Positions 53,292 through 64,000 of a stretch of 64,000 bases of DNA are shown in pieces. The DNA is from the human T2T-CHM13v2.0 reference genome, Homo sapiens. The notes under the pieces are model-generated. The model saw only the letters and a list, made by a program, of their open reading frames with translations. It was not told the origin of the DNA and searched no databases. A program made the position numbers and the translations under genes. The stretch is taken from the NCBI RefSeq assembly GCF_009914755.1, contig NC_060940.1, one strand, 5' to 3'. Each line of letters opens with the position of its first letter. Positions within the stretch are counted from its first letter, which is position 1.

Positions 53292-53464
53292 TCAATATTA
53301 TCAGCCAATTGCAGTTTACTGTATAGTAGGCACTGTGTCAAGTGAATAACGTATAAACGATAACATTTATCTCTCATAAAAACCTTTTTTGAGATTCCAA
53401 TAAAAGTGATATGTAGAGATTGCTTAATTTACCCAAAGCACCATAGTTGCAGCAGGGCAAGGAA

Positions 53465-53474
53465 CAGACACACA

Positions 53475-53505
<31 letters not shown>
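53465..53505. repeat. (CA)n microsatellite
   Basis: cacaca run. Confidence 0.95.
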
Positions 53506-53507
<2 letters not shown>

Positions 53508-54249
53508 CCAGAGAATCCCACTACTTGTACTCTTGGTAATTATTCTATCTGTAATTTTTTCCCCGCACCATCCCTAGTCTAACACAACTAAAATTAATTA
53601 CAAAGTAAGTATAGAAATTTACCTCTGGTGGTTTGGGGCCAGTAGATTTCCATGACTGGGAAAAATTAATCTTACTTGGGAAAGTAGAATGGGTTAGAAA
53701 ATCGCTGATAGGAAAGAGAACATGGAGTTCCCAAACCAGGTACAAATTTTTACAATGATGACAATGTGTTCCAGTTTTAAAATGTTTTCGCAAAGATTTG
53801 CTTTTTGATAATACAAATATCAGATTAAAAGTAGTTGAATCTACTAAAATGCAGAGAAGCAAATATATTTTTTTTCGTGTTTTTGTAATCAAAGTGAGCA
53901 GAAATTCGGACTTGGCTGAATCAATTTTAGGTAAGTTCCACAGATATCTTGTGTCTAGTCAATAAACATGAGATTTCTATAATATCTTCTCAAAGATGTT
54001 GATGAGTTGTTTAGAATTAGAGTGAATCATACTAGATGTTAGTCTAGTGGTTTTCAGTAAGTTTGTTTAATATTCTGTTATAGGACAAACAAAAAAAATT
54101 TTATTTTCACCTGTAAAATATGAGCAAACTGAATTAGGCAATCTTCTTTTGGTCTCTTTTCCCCACCCCAGCTTCCACCCCAGGGCTACCCCACAGTATG
54201 TCAGGGATCCTATGTGGTTTCAGAACCACCAGTCTGTTCTGCTGGTCCT

Positions 54250-54345
54250 CTTTATAGATGTGAAAACAGTAACCCACAGAGGTTAATTATTTATCAAAGG
54301 TTGTAAAAGTAGGTAATAGCTGAGCCAGCACTAGAATTCCTGAGG
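54250..54345 (-). mobile_element. MIR fragment
   Basis: tttatagatgtgaaaacag..acccacagaggttaatt. Confidence 0.6.
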
Positions 54346-55084
54346 TGTCCCTGTGAGGATGACCTTGTGGTACATGAGAAGAAACTTAGAAATTATACAA
54401 ATTACCAAGCATAAAACATCAATGGACTTTCCTGAAAGCATGAGAAATTTAATCACAATGTTGTTAAAACTATGTAGAAGACAATAATAAGGAATCCAGA
54501 TGTAGATGATGGGTGTCACTGAGGCAGAATGCAGGACCAGAGGACAACCTACTCAAGGATGTTACATGGGAACACTTCCCAAAGGGAGGAATGTCGTAGG
54601 TCATGGCTTGTAGTTCGGGGCTTCACTCTTCTTCGAGATCATTAATTTTAAAAAAAGGAAACAAAAATACAATGCATTAAGAATAAGTCTAACAAAAAAA
54701 AGTCTGGTTCTTCTGTAGAAATCTCTGAGTTCTAAGTTCTTTAGTGAATTAACTAAAGTATATAAAACATCCTAAAATAGTGGAAAGACATCTCTTCTTC
54801 CTGGATATGTATATTAAATATCATAAAGATATAAGCATGTCCTAATTAAACTATGTCATATTAAACTAGCAATAAGGCTAATACACATACCATGCTGCAG
54901 AATAATATATATAAGTATAAATATGTATTATATATTTATGTAAACACATATATAAGTATATATATAAACACACAAACTTATACACACACATATCTCCTGA
55001 TTTCTTAATGTGTGCATGTGCATACATAAAAACATCTGAAAAGCTACACACCAAATATTAATCACAATTATCCTTAAAAGAGTT

Positions 55085-55792
55085 TGCTAAGTGAAATAAG
55101 CCAGGCACAGAAAGACAGACATCACATTTTCTCACTTACTTGTGGGATCTAAAAATCAAAACAATTGAACTCATGGACATAGAGAGGAGAAGCCTCTTTA
55201 CCAGAGACTAGGAAGGGAAGTGAGGGGTTGAGGGGGAGGTGGGGATGGTTATGGGTACCAAAAATTGTTAGAAAGAATACATAAGACCTATGACTTGATA
55301 GCACAACAGAGTCACTATAGTCAATAATAACTTAACTGTACATTTAAAACTAACTAAAATAGTATAATTGGATTGTTTGTAACTTGAAGGATAAATGCTT
55401 GAAGGGATAGATACCCTATTCTCTATGACGTGATTATTGAGCTTTGCATACCTGTATCTAAACATCCCATCTGCGGGTGGATCATCTGCGGTCAGAAGTT
55501 CGAGACCAGCCTGGCCAACATGGTGAAACCCTGTCTCTACTAAAAATACAAAATTAACCAGGCGTGGTGGCACACACCTGTAATCTGAGCTACTTGGGAG
55601 GCTGGGGCAGGAGAATCACTTGAACCCAGGAGGTGGAAGTTGTAGTAAGCCAAGACTGTGCCATTGCACTCCAGCCTGGGCAAAAGGAACAAAACTCCAT
55701 CTCAAAAAAAAAAAAAAAAATCTCATATACCCCATAAATATATACACTCGTTATGTGCCCACAAAAATAAAAAATTCAGAAAATTAAAAAAA
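55085..55792 (+). mobile_element. L1MA2-4 3' end interrupted by an Alu
   Basis: tgctaagtgaaataagccaggcacagaaagaca...tatgtgcccacaaaaataaaaa. Confidence 0.88.
55472..55720 (+). mobile_element. 5'-truncated AluS
   Basis: Starts at gcgggtggatca; poly-A tail; TSD-like aaacatcccat / aaaaatctcat. Confidence 0.93.
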
Positions 55793-56408
55793 CTAGGACT
55801 GGAATTGGGAATCTTAGAGAATTTGTGAACTATTAATTAACACACCCTATGTCCTGGTTGACTTAAAAAATAATTATGTACTGTTTTTACCTTATAATTC
55901 CATATTAAGGTGAAATTAGTGGAGAAGCATAAATATAACCAATACCACTTGTCCCCCTTGTTCTCGCTCTCTCTTTATTCCTGTTTAGATTGACTTTATT
56001 GGTAATGTAAAAGCTCAATTTATTTTTTCTGGTAAGAATTCATGGGCAGTGAAAAAGGATGTGAAACATGCAGATGAATGCCAATAGCATGTGAACAAAA
56101 TCTACGCGAGCAAAGGTGAAATTATTCCTCAGTTTCCCTCTTTTATTTTGCAAAAAATCATAGGATCAGGTGAATTTATTACACCCTGTGACTCTCACAG
56201 AAATAAAAAAGAAAGCATTTCAGTCATACAGTTTATTTGGGAAAATTGAAGCAACTGACCTGGTAAATCCTTGTTACGTAGAATTTCCTCTGTGTGTGTG
56301 GTATCTCCTTCTTTTGTATCATTGTGAATTAAAACACATTTTCAATCCTCAGTGTTGCATTTTTTACTTTCTCTTCCATTTTGTTCTTTGGATTAACATT
56401 TAGCCTTC

Positions 56409-56930
56409 AGTGGTAGGCAGAACGAAGACCGCCCCAAATATGGCCATCTACTATTCCCCAGAACCTGTGAATATGCCACCTTTCATGACAAAAGGGCAAT
56501 TTAGGTTGCAGATAACATTAATGTTGGTAATGAACTGACTTGATAATATGGAGATTATCTTGGACTGCTCAGGTAAGTCCAATGTAATAACAAGGGAAGA
56601 TAAATAAAATAAAATGGAAAGATAGAGACTGAAGGTTGGTCAGAATAATGCAATGTGATGTGAGAACTCTATCTACCTATCTTAGCTGACGTTGAAGATG
56701 GAGGAAGGAGCTGTGAGCCAAGAACTGTAGGTATCTCTAATGTGGAAAAGACAAGGAAATGCATTACTCCCTAGAGTCCACAGAAGGAGCACAACCTGCA
56801 GACATCTCGATTTTAGTCCATTGACTCCATTTCAGATTTCTGACTTCCACAGCTCTAAGACAATAGTTTCATACTGTTTTAAGCCAGTAAGTTTGTAGAA
56901 ATTTGTTGTGTTAGTGTTAGAAAACTAAAT
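56409..56930 (+). mobile_element. MLT1D LTR
   Basis: gtggtaggcagaa...ccccagaacctgtgaatatg...ggagattatcttgga...ttttaagccagtaagtttgt...gaaaactaa. Confidence 0.88.
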
Positions 56931-57231
56931 TCTAACCTAGAAAACATAGCCCAGAAATTGCCTCTTCATTCAGCGTTCCTCTGAATACCCTAGACTGCCA
57001 GACTGGTTTGTGGGCTCTCCTTTGAGCTCTCAGACCTTCACCCCTACCCTGTGTTGATTTGTGTAGTGGTTAGAGAGGAGATAGAGGAGAAATCTGCACT
57101 TGCCTGAGACTTCACCTTTAATTTTTGAATCTCTGTGATCACTCTTCTTGTTCAGAGGTGCTATAAAACGCATTGAGTATGACTATTGGTTATTATGTGC
57201 AAATAAAGTTATTTTAGAATATAATTAAACA

Positions 57232-57322
57232 ATACACACATGCATATATATGTGTGTGTATATATATAAAATATGTACATATATACATATAAATGTCTAC
57301 ATATATATATATATATACATGT
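57232..57322. repeat. (TA)/(TG) low-complexity run
   Basis: Dinucleotide mix. Confidence 0.85.
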
Positions 57323-57983
57323 AAAAAATATCTACCTAGAGAATTATAGTAGTTAATGTATCTTATACAGACTGATTTTATATAGGTACTGTTATTGTTG
57401 CTATCATCATCAACAACATTATCATCATTCTGTTTTATTGTTTGGAAACTAAACTGAAGCACAGAAAAGTTGGTAAATCGTTGAACAAACTCCAGTGTGG
57501 TATGCTTTACTGCCTTGTTTTCAACTTTGGCAGTGTGCCTCCAAAGCCTGAATACTTAATCAACACAATCTGACAGCTCTTCAATATGTCCGTATAAAAA
57601 AAAGTCTATCCTCATAAATCACCTGTGATGCTGAAAGAGGAGGCTTTAGCTAAAAATATTAAGGCTATCATACTGAAAATGACAGATCCAGCCAGGGGAG
57701 TGGATGAAAGCTGAAATCAAGTCACTGCAAGGTAGACAACTTCAGGATGGCTTCCAGCCCAGGATTTTGTGGGACAGTTTCCTCCTGCAAGAGATACATA
57801 GTTCTGTAATGAAGACAAACCATCTCACTTATACTCCTGTTTTCATTTAGCAGGAGTCTAAAAGTTTATTTTCTGTGGCCTGAGGAAAACATCTAAATGC
57901 CTCTAGAGATATGTTGACTTGGTCTTGTTTATAACATGCTCCAGAGTCTCCGAAATGGAAGGAATCCCATAGTTTCATGGTTA

Positions 57984-58226
57984 TGATGGATACTGCAGTG
58001 CTCCAATCAGATGCTCACTTCAGGGCCAAGGCAGTTATCCGTCAGCTGCTGGATATATTAATTGTTGGCGGTTCACAGCAGCACCCCTCAATCTGTCTCC
58101 TCAGATCCTGGTGCACTGCCTGTGGACAATGACTGGCTGAAGTGGGGAAACAAAGACCCTGAATTTTGCCTCCTGCATGGAACTCTCTGTCTTTGGAGTC
58201 TGTTTCCAGGGAATCCAGGCTAAGAT
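57984..58226 (+). mobile_element. LTR16-like ERVL LTR, internally deleted
   Basis: gatggatactgcagtgctc...ttcagggccaaggca...agtctgtttccagggaatccaggctaaga. Confidence 0.65.
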
Positions 58227-58237
58227 TGTATATTATA

Positions 58238-58552
58238 ATTTTATTATTTTTCTTTTCGTTTTATTGTAGTAAAAACATTTAACATGAATTCTACTCTCTT
58301 AACAAAATTTTAAGTGCTCATCACATTATTTTAAGCACACATCACATTGTTGTCTAGAGGTGCAGTGCTGCACAGCAGATCTCTAGAGCTTATTCATTTT
58401 GCTTAACTGAAACTTCATGCCCTTTGATCAGTAACTCCCAATTTCCTCCACCCTCTAACCCCTGGCAACCACTGTTCTACCCTTTGGTTCTATGAACTTG
58501 ACTATTTTGGGTACCTCAAATGAGTGGAATCATTCAGCATTTGTTTTTCTTG
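58238..58552 (-). mobile_element. L1MA10/L1MB 3' end
   Basis: gtagtaaaaacatttaacatga...cagcagatctctagagcttattcat...ccctggcaaccac. Confidence 0.85.
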
Positions 58553-59089
58553 TTACTGAAGAAGAATCTGAGTCCTGAGAGGCATCATGACGTTTTCAAG
58601 TTTAACAGAACCATAACCCAGAACTCCTGGTTCCAGTCTAGTGATCTTTTGTGTAAGTATAATGACTCCTTCAAAAAAGACTTGTAGGTGCTCACAGTAT
58701 TGAAATAACAGAGAATACAACTCAGTTTTATTTTTTTAAATCACTAAATGATATACAGTGTTAAATGACCTTATAGAGAGGTATCTATTTAATGATTATG
58801 GATGTGGAAATTATCTAAGTGCTATAAAGCTAAAATGTAGCATATTTTTAAAATTATAAGTAACAACATTCAATTCTAACAATTTACGTTATGCATCTTC
58901 CTGGGGAAAGTAAATTCTTTTCAAATCATGATGTGTGATAAATTTTTAGAGACAATAAAATCTTTAATACAAATTTAAAACTTAAGAATGATAATTTAAT
59001 TAATAAAGTAAAATACATGACTCAGTAAACGTGGTACTTTTTTGTGTCTTGCACAAAATAACCATTCAATAAATGTTCTATATTATCAT

Positions 59090-59285
59090 GAGTGAGTGCC
59101 AAACATGTATTAGACATTGTTGTGTGGTTTGTCTAATTTAAATGTGAAGTCAACCCTATGCTACATATATAATTATCACAGTTTTAGATATGAGGAAGCT
59201 GAACTTTCGGGAGGTTAAATAACTTGACCAATGGTACCTAGAAAAGCTACCCAAATCTATCTGGGTTCAAACAATGTACTTTTTC
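59090..59285 (-). mobile_element. MIR
   Basis: caaccctatg...ttttagatatgaggaagctga...gaggttaaataacttg. Confidence 0.7.
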
Positions 59286-59559
59286 CATTGCATAAGATGG
59301 AGTCTTCCCCATAGGTTACATTGTTATCAAAATATAAATCATTTGAATTCCATTTTGCTCTGGATCCTCCGTGCAACAAATGAAGGATCATAATGCTGAT
59401 AAAACAACTCAAAAATTCTAAATACTTTAAAGTAGACAAACTTCTCCAGATGTGCTCATGTAGGTATTGCCCTACCTTTCTTAGTCGGAAAGTTTCTAAA
59501 CTCTCAGTGAGCAAATATTTTGGCAGGACATAAAAGAATGAATTGAAAAAGAAGATTGT

Positions 59560-62500
59560 GTTTATTTCTAACTTTTAATTCTGAAAATTTCAAACAAATG
59601 TAAAAATAGAGAAATTAGTCTCTGTACATTATTTGGAATTCTTCTAAAAGAAAGACTTGCCTCCTCTTCCTAATTTATTTATTTGTTTATCTATTTATTT
59701 ATTCAGACATTTCTTTAAGTCCATTTAAATTCATGGATATATTTTGGGTTATAATCTAATACTATACTATTTATTTTGTTCCTCAAATAATTTCAGCTTT
59801 GGCCACTGGAAACTCTTTGATGTTGGCTTCTATATCCCTTTGACACAGCTCATTCTTTTATTTTTTGAGTATATCTCTATATTTTAGTAGTACAAGATGT
59901 TCTAGTCTCATCTTACATATTTCCTGCTCCAGCCCTAGAATCAACTATTTCTCTAAGGAGCCTTGGTTCCTTTAATTAGTGAATGGTATTTAAAAGCCAT
60001 GATTTGGCAGGTGGGAGCTCTCATTTCTATGGCGATGTCATTGATTCTAAGCCCTCTCAACAAATGATGGTAGGTTATATATATCTCAACAAATAATAGT
60101 GGGCTATATATATATTTTATATATATATGTATATATATGAAACACTATTCACACATATCTACAATAATTTCTATATATATCCATCTGTGTATGTATGTGC
60201 ATATGTATATTTGCGTGTGTGTGTCTGTGTATTCTATATATATCCATCTGTGTATGTATGTGCATATGTATATTTGCGTGTGTGTGTCTGTGTATTACCA
60301 CTGGGTTCTAGTTTTTTGTGCTTCCTTTTCTAACTTTCTGAGAGGAAATAGTTTCTATTGTAAAATCTTCTGTTTTCTAATGTTCTTGTTTTTCTGTATG
60401 AAATATATTCTTCCTTTCTAATTTTAAATGTTCTCTTTGACATTTTTCAGCAATGTATTTATTATGTGTTTTGGTGTGGTTTTCATTATAGTTGTCCTCT
60501 TTGATTTTCATTGACATTCTTAGAATTCTGAGTTTATAGTTTTATTAAATTTGGAAAAAAAATCATCTTTATTTTTGTGACAGCTGGAAGACAATATTTG
60601 AAGAAATAGAGCTTTTTAAAATAGTTTCTGAGTCTGTGTTGGTTTTCAATGTTTCATCTTTCTGTGATTTGCTTTAAATAGATTTCATTGTTAAGCCCTA
60701 AGTTCACTGATCTTTTCTTCTGCAATCTCTAGCGGTTCCAGTTTTTAAAAAATGTCTTTCATTTTTTATCCTTATATTCGTGTTTTCCTTTAAATATCTA
60801 AACATTGTTATAATAGCCGTTTTAAAATATACATCTGCTGGTGTCATAGTTTCTTTCATTTTTGTGTCTATTTATATTGGCTGATTTTTCTCTTGGATTT
60901 GGAGCATAGTAGCCTGCTTCTTCCTATGTTTAATAATTTTTAATGGATGTCATACATTGTGAAGGCTATCTTGTTATCTGAATTTTGTTATCTTTATCTG
61001 AAGAATATTGACAGGCATTTAAGTTACTTTTGGATCATGTGATCCACCTGAGGCCTATTCTTATGCCAAGCTAGGGCAGTTCTAGTTTATACATGAATCC
61101 AGAGATAGTTCACTCTTACATTAGGCTTACTGAATATCTCCAGTAGTCACCACATTCTCTCTAATCTGACTGCTTGGACATTACTATCTTCCCACACTAT
61201 GTGGGCTCTCACAATTATTCTGCTTACTGTTCCCCATGAGCCCAACATTATGGACTTTCCCTTTATACATGCAAGGCCTGGATCTTAGCAAGACTCAAGA
61301 ACAACCTTATATATTTTTTGGAGCTTTTGTTCTTCATAACTCTCTCTTTCCTGGATCCCTGCCTCATAATATCCAGCAACCTACCCCTTCCCAAGCTCTG
61401 GTCTTGATCTCTTCATTCAAGGGAGGATACTCAGCCTTGTTTGGGTTCTGACTTGGAAAATGACTTCCAACAGAAGTTTAATATAATTACACAACTCATC
61501 TTACTTGTTGCTTTTTGTTAAGATATTACAGTCTTTTATGGCTTGATATAATGCCTGTAAATGTTTTGTTTATTTTACATTTGTATAGTTTACAGTGGGG
61601 ACATATTTTTTTCCCTGCTATTACATCATTGTTGAAATTGGAATTACAAGTCGTTTTTCTCAGGATTTTTGTCTAGCTATTCTTACTCACTTGTGTTTAC
61701 AAATAAACTTTTTAATTATCTCATCTGTTTCCATAGAAAGCCTGAGGTTTGTGTTGTTACTGTTATTTAAACTTTGTAAATTTAAGTTGTCCTTTCCATT
61801 TTAACTCATATCTTCTCTAAGAACATAGTATGTTTTCCATTTTTTATATTTAATTTGTGTCTTTTGGAAGTGAGCAATAATATTCCACATCTATGTTTTG
61901 AACATTTTAGTTAAAGTTCCAATTAGGGATCTTATTGGGTTTTTTGGCTTTTGTAAATTTAGTCATTTCTTCCACTATATTTTCTAAACTTATTCTTGTT
62001 TGCATATAGAAAGGGTTTAGTTTGTATATATAATTTAAAGTTAATTTTTTAAACTCTATTTTTAGTAAATTGTGTCATTAATTATGTTAGTGTTTCTATT
62101 TATTCTTCTGGGGTTTCCAGATACATTACCATATCAATTGCATATAGATACAATTTACTTCCTTACTTTCAATTTTTATGTGACTAATTGCCTTATCTTG
62201 GCTAATATCTTGGGCTAAAATTCCATTCAATATACAGTGTTAAGTAGTGATAATTATATTGGGGATCACTTTACTGATCCTGATTTTGGTGAACAAGTGT
62301 TTATTGTTTTCCTATTGAGTAAGAGTTGTGCTTTTGAAGTATCCACTAATTCCTATTTTATTGAGGGTTTCCATTATTTATTTATTTAGACCACAGATGG
62401 CTGTTGAATTTTATCCAGTATATTTTCTGGTCTTGTGGACATGAATGTTTTTTCTATCTGGCTGTATAGATATGTTAGGTTACAACAATAAAACTTCTGG

Positions 62501-62750
62501 TATTGAGTAGCTCTTGAATCCTGGTTAAACTCAAATCAGTCATGATATTTTAATTTTTAATGAAACGTGTACTCATTTTGCTAATTTTCTTTAGAAATTT
62601 TCTATCAATATTCATAAATATTAGTCTGTCATTTTCTTTTACATACAATAATTATCACATTTTGGCATCAGTGTTAACACTTGAATGATAAACAACATCT
62701 AAATGGCATTACAATTAGGTGATCTTTAAAAATAGTATATAATTAGTGAA
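59560..62750 (-). mobile_element. Patchwork of very old antisense L1M fragments
   Basis: L1MC4-like 3'UTR motifs (cctgctccagccctagaatcaactatttctctaaggagcc) and degenerate ORF1/ORF2 motifs. Confidence 0.6.
60169..60296. repeat. Perfect 63-bp tandem duplication
   Basis: 60169-60231 is identical to 60232-60294. Confidence 0.97.
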
Positions 62751-64000
62751 AATGTTGGGGATGGGTGCTTTTAGAGAAAGCTTTTTTTTAAATGGTGTTT
62801 TAATACTAACTCTATCCTTATTATATTTTTTACTTGTTTTTATATACTAGCAATATTTTGACCCATAAAAGTTTGCTAATTAGCTATCAGCAACTTTTTT
62901 TTTACTTTGTACTTAGCAGTAATATACAGTACTATCAAATGCAGTAAGAGATAAGAAAGTATTTCTCCAAGCATAATAAAAGTTCGTATGCAGTTTGACC
63001 CTAGATTTAAAAATACTGTCTAATATTTGAATATTTTCTGATTTACAGCGTCTAAATTCCGATGTTTAATTTAACACAATAATATTATTTTCATTCAGTG
63101 ATTTAAAAGAAAACCTAATGTTTTCTAGATAAAAGATTGAATGATTCAGAAGGCAAATACTTACATTGACAAACTGGCAATAATATTTAGAATGGGCTGT
63201 TAATTGAGGAAGATAATTATTATGTATTTAATATACTAAAATAAAGCTTTTCTGGTGAGGAAAATAATAGTAGCATTATATATTCTGATTATGAAGTCTA
63301 AATAACCTTTCTTTGAAAAGTGAACCCATGAAAATTTTGGCATGAGATATACTAAAAACGAGAAACAAAACCCAAAGTGCCCATAAAGGTCATGAGCTTT
63401 GCATATTGCTTTTTATTCTGAGACCTTCAGCCATTGAATATGCATTGTCATAAGACAAATTCATGGAAGAAGTCTCCAAATACTAGATTGAAGGTTGTCT
63501 CAGCTCACTGAATGTGAACAGAAGAACTGTTATAATATTCATAAGCCAAAGTTAGTCTGAAAAGAAGTTTTTTCAAAAAAGCAGAGCACATTTTATAATA
63601 CATCAAACTACAATATTTATTCATATTCAATAAGCCTAGTTGTGTTTTATGATTAAAGATAATATAAGGTCTTGTATGAATGACATTCTTGATGTACTTG
63701 AAGAAAATAAATGTTTAATGATATAAAAGCTTACAGTTTAAGGGCAGGTTTTTAAAAAGCAGCTTTTAAAAAAGAGTTCAAATTTACTGTTACAAAAAAT
63801 AATACTATTTATGCAAGTCAAGAGTTCCACATTTTTCCTTTAATTTGACAATTTAGTTTTAGTTGTCTGTTTCCTCTAGTATTCCCACCTCTTCCAAGAG
63901 ATTGAAGAAAGTGGTACATCTGTAATCAGATTATAGTCATTAATTTATCCTGAAGGGAAATAGAGAAACACATCCTGAATTTTTGTAGAGACTTGACTTT

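Noticed and set aside
53860-53940. Strong donor-like aggtaagt; others near 50608 and 56572
   Set aside because: Isolated splice-like motifs are expected by chance, and no coherent exon chain could be built.

Overview
This is primate (Alu- and L1PA-containing, probably human) AT-rich non-coding DNA. I see no host protein-coding exon, RNA gene or CpG island. Most of the window is interspersed repeat: a fossil class III (ERVL-type) gag-pro-pol on the minus strand (~1.6-5.6 kb), many solo LTRs (MLT1, MLT2, MER21, LTR8-like, MER34-like, LTR16/LTR33-like), old L1M fragments, a rearranged L1MC (33.6-40.4 kb), a 5'-inverted L1PA7-like element (40.45-43.58 kb), seven Alus or Alu fragments, MIR/L2, MER33 and MER3, plus microsatellites and short tandem duplications. 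The only long ORFs are L1 ORF2 fragments. I found no evidence of a new gene system. The most interesting signals are retrotransposition fossils: a ~3 kb TSD-bounded block that looks like an ancient twin-primed L1MA 3' transduction carrying a MIR into an L1MC, a short 3' transduction behind the L1PA7, four independent 5'-inverted L1s, and local repair scars. Subfamily names come from remembered consensus similarity and boundaries are approximate; RepeatMasker/Dfam should confirm them.
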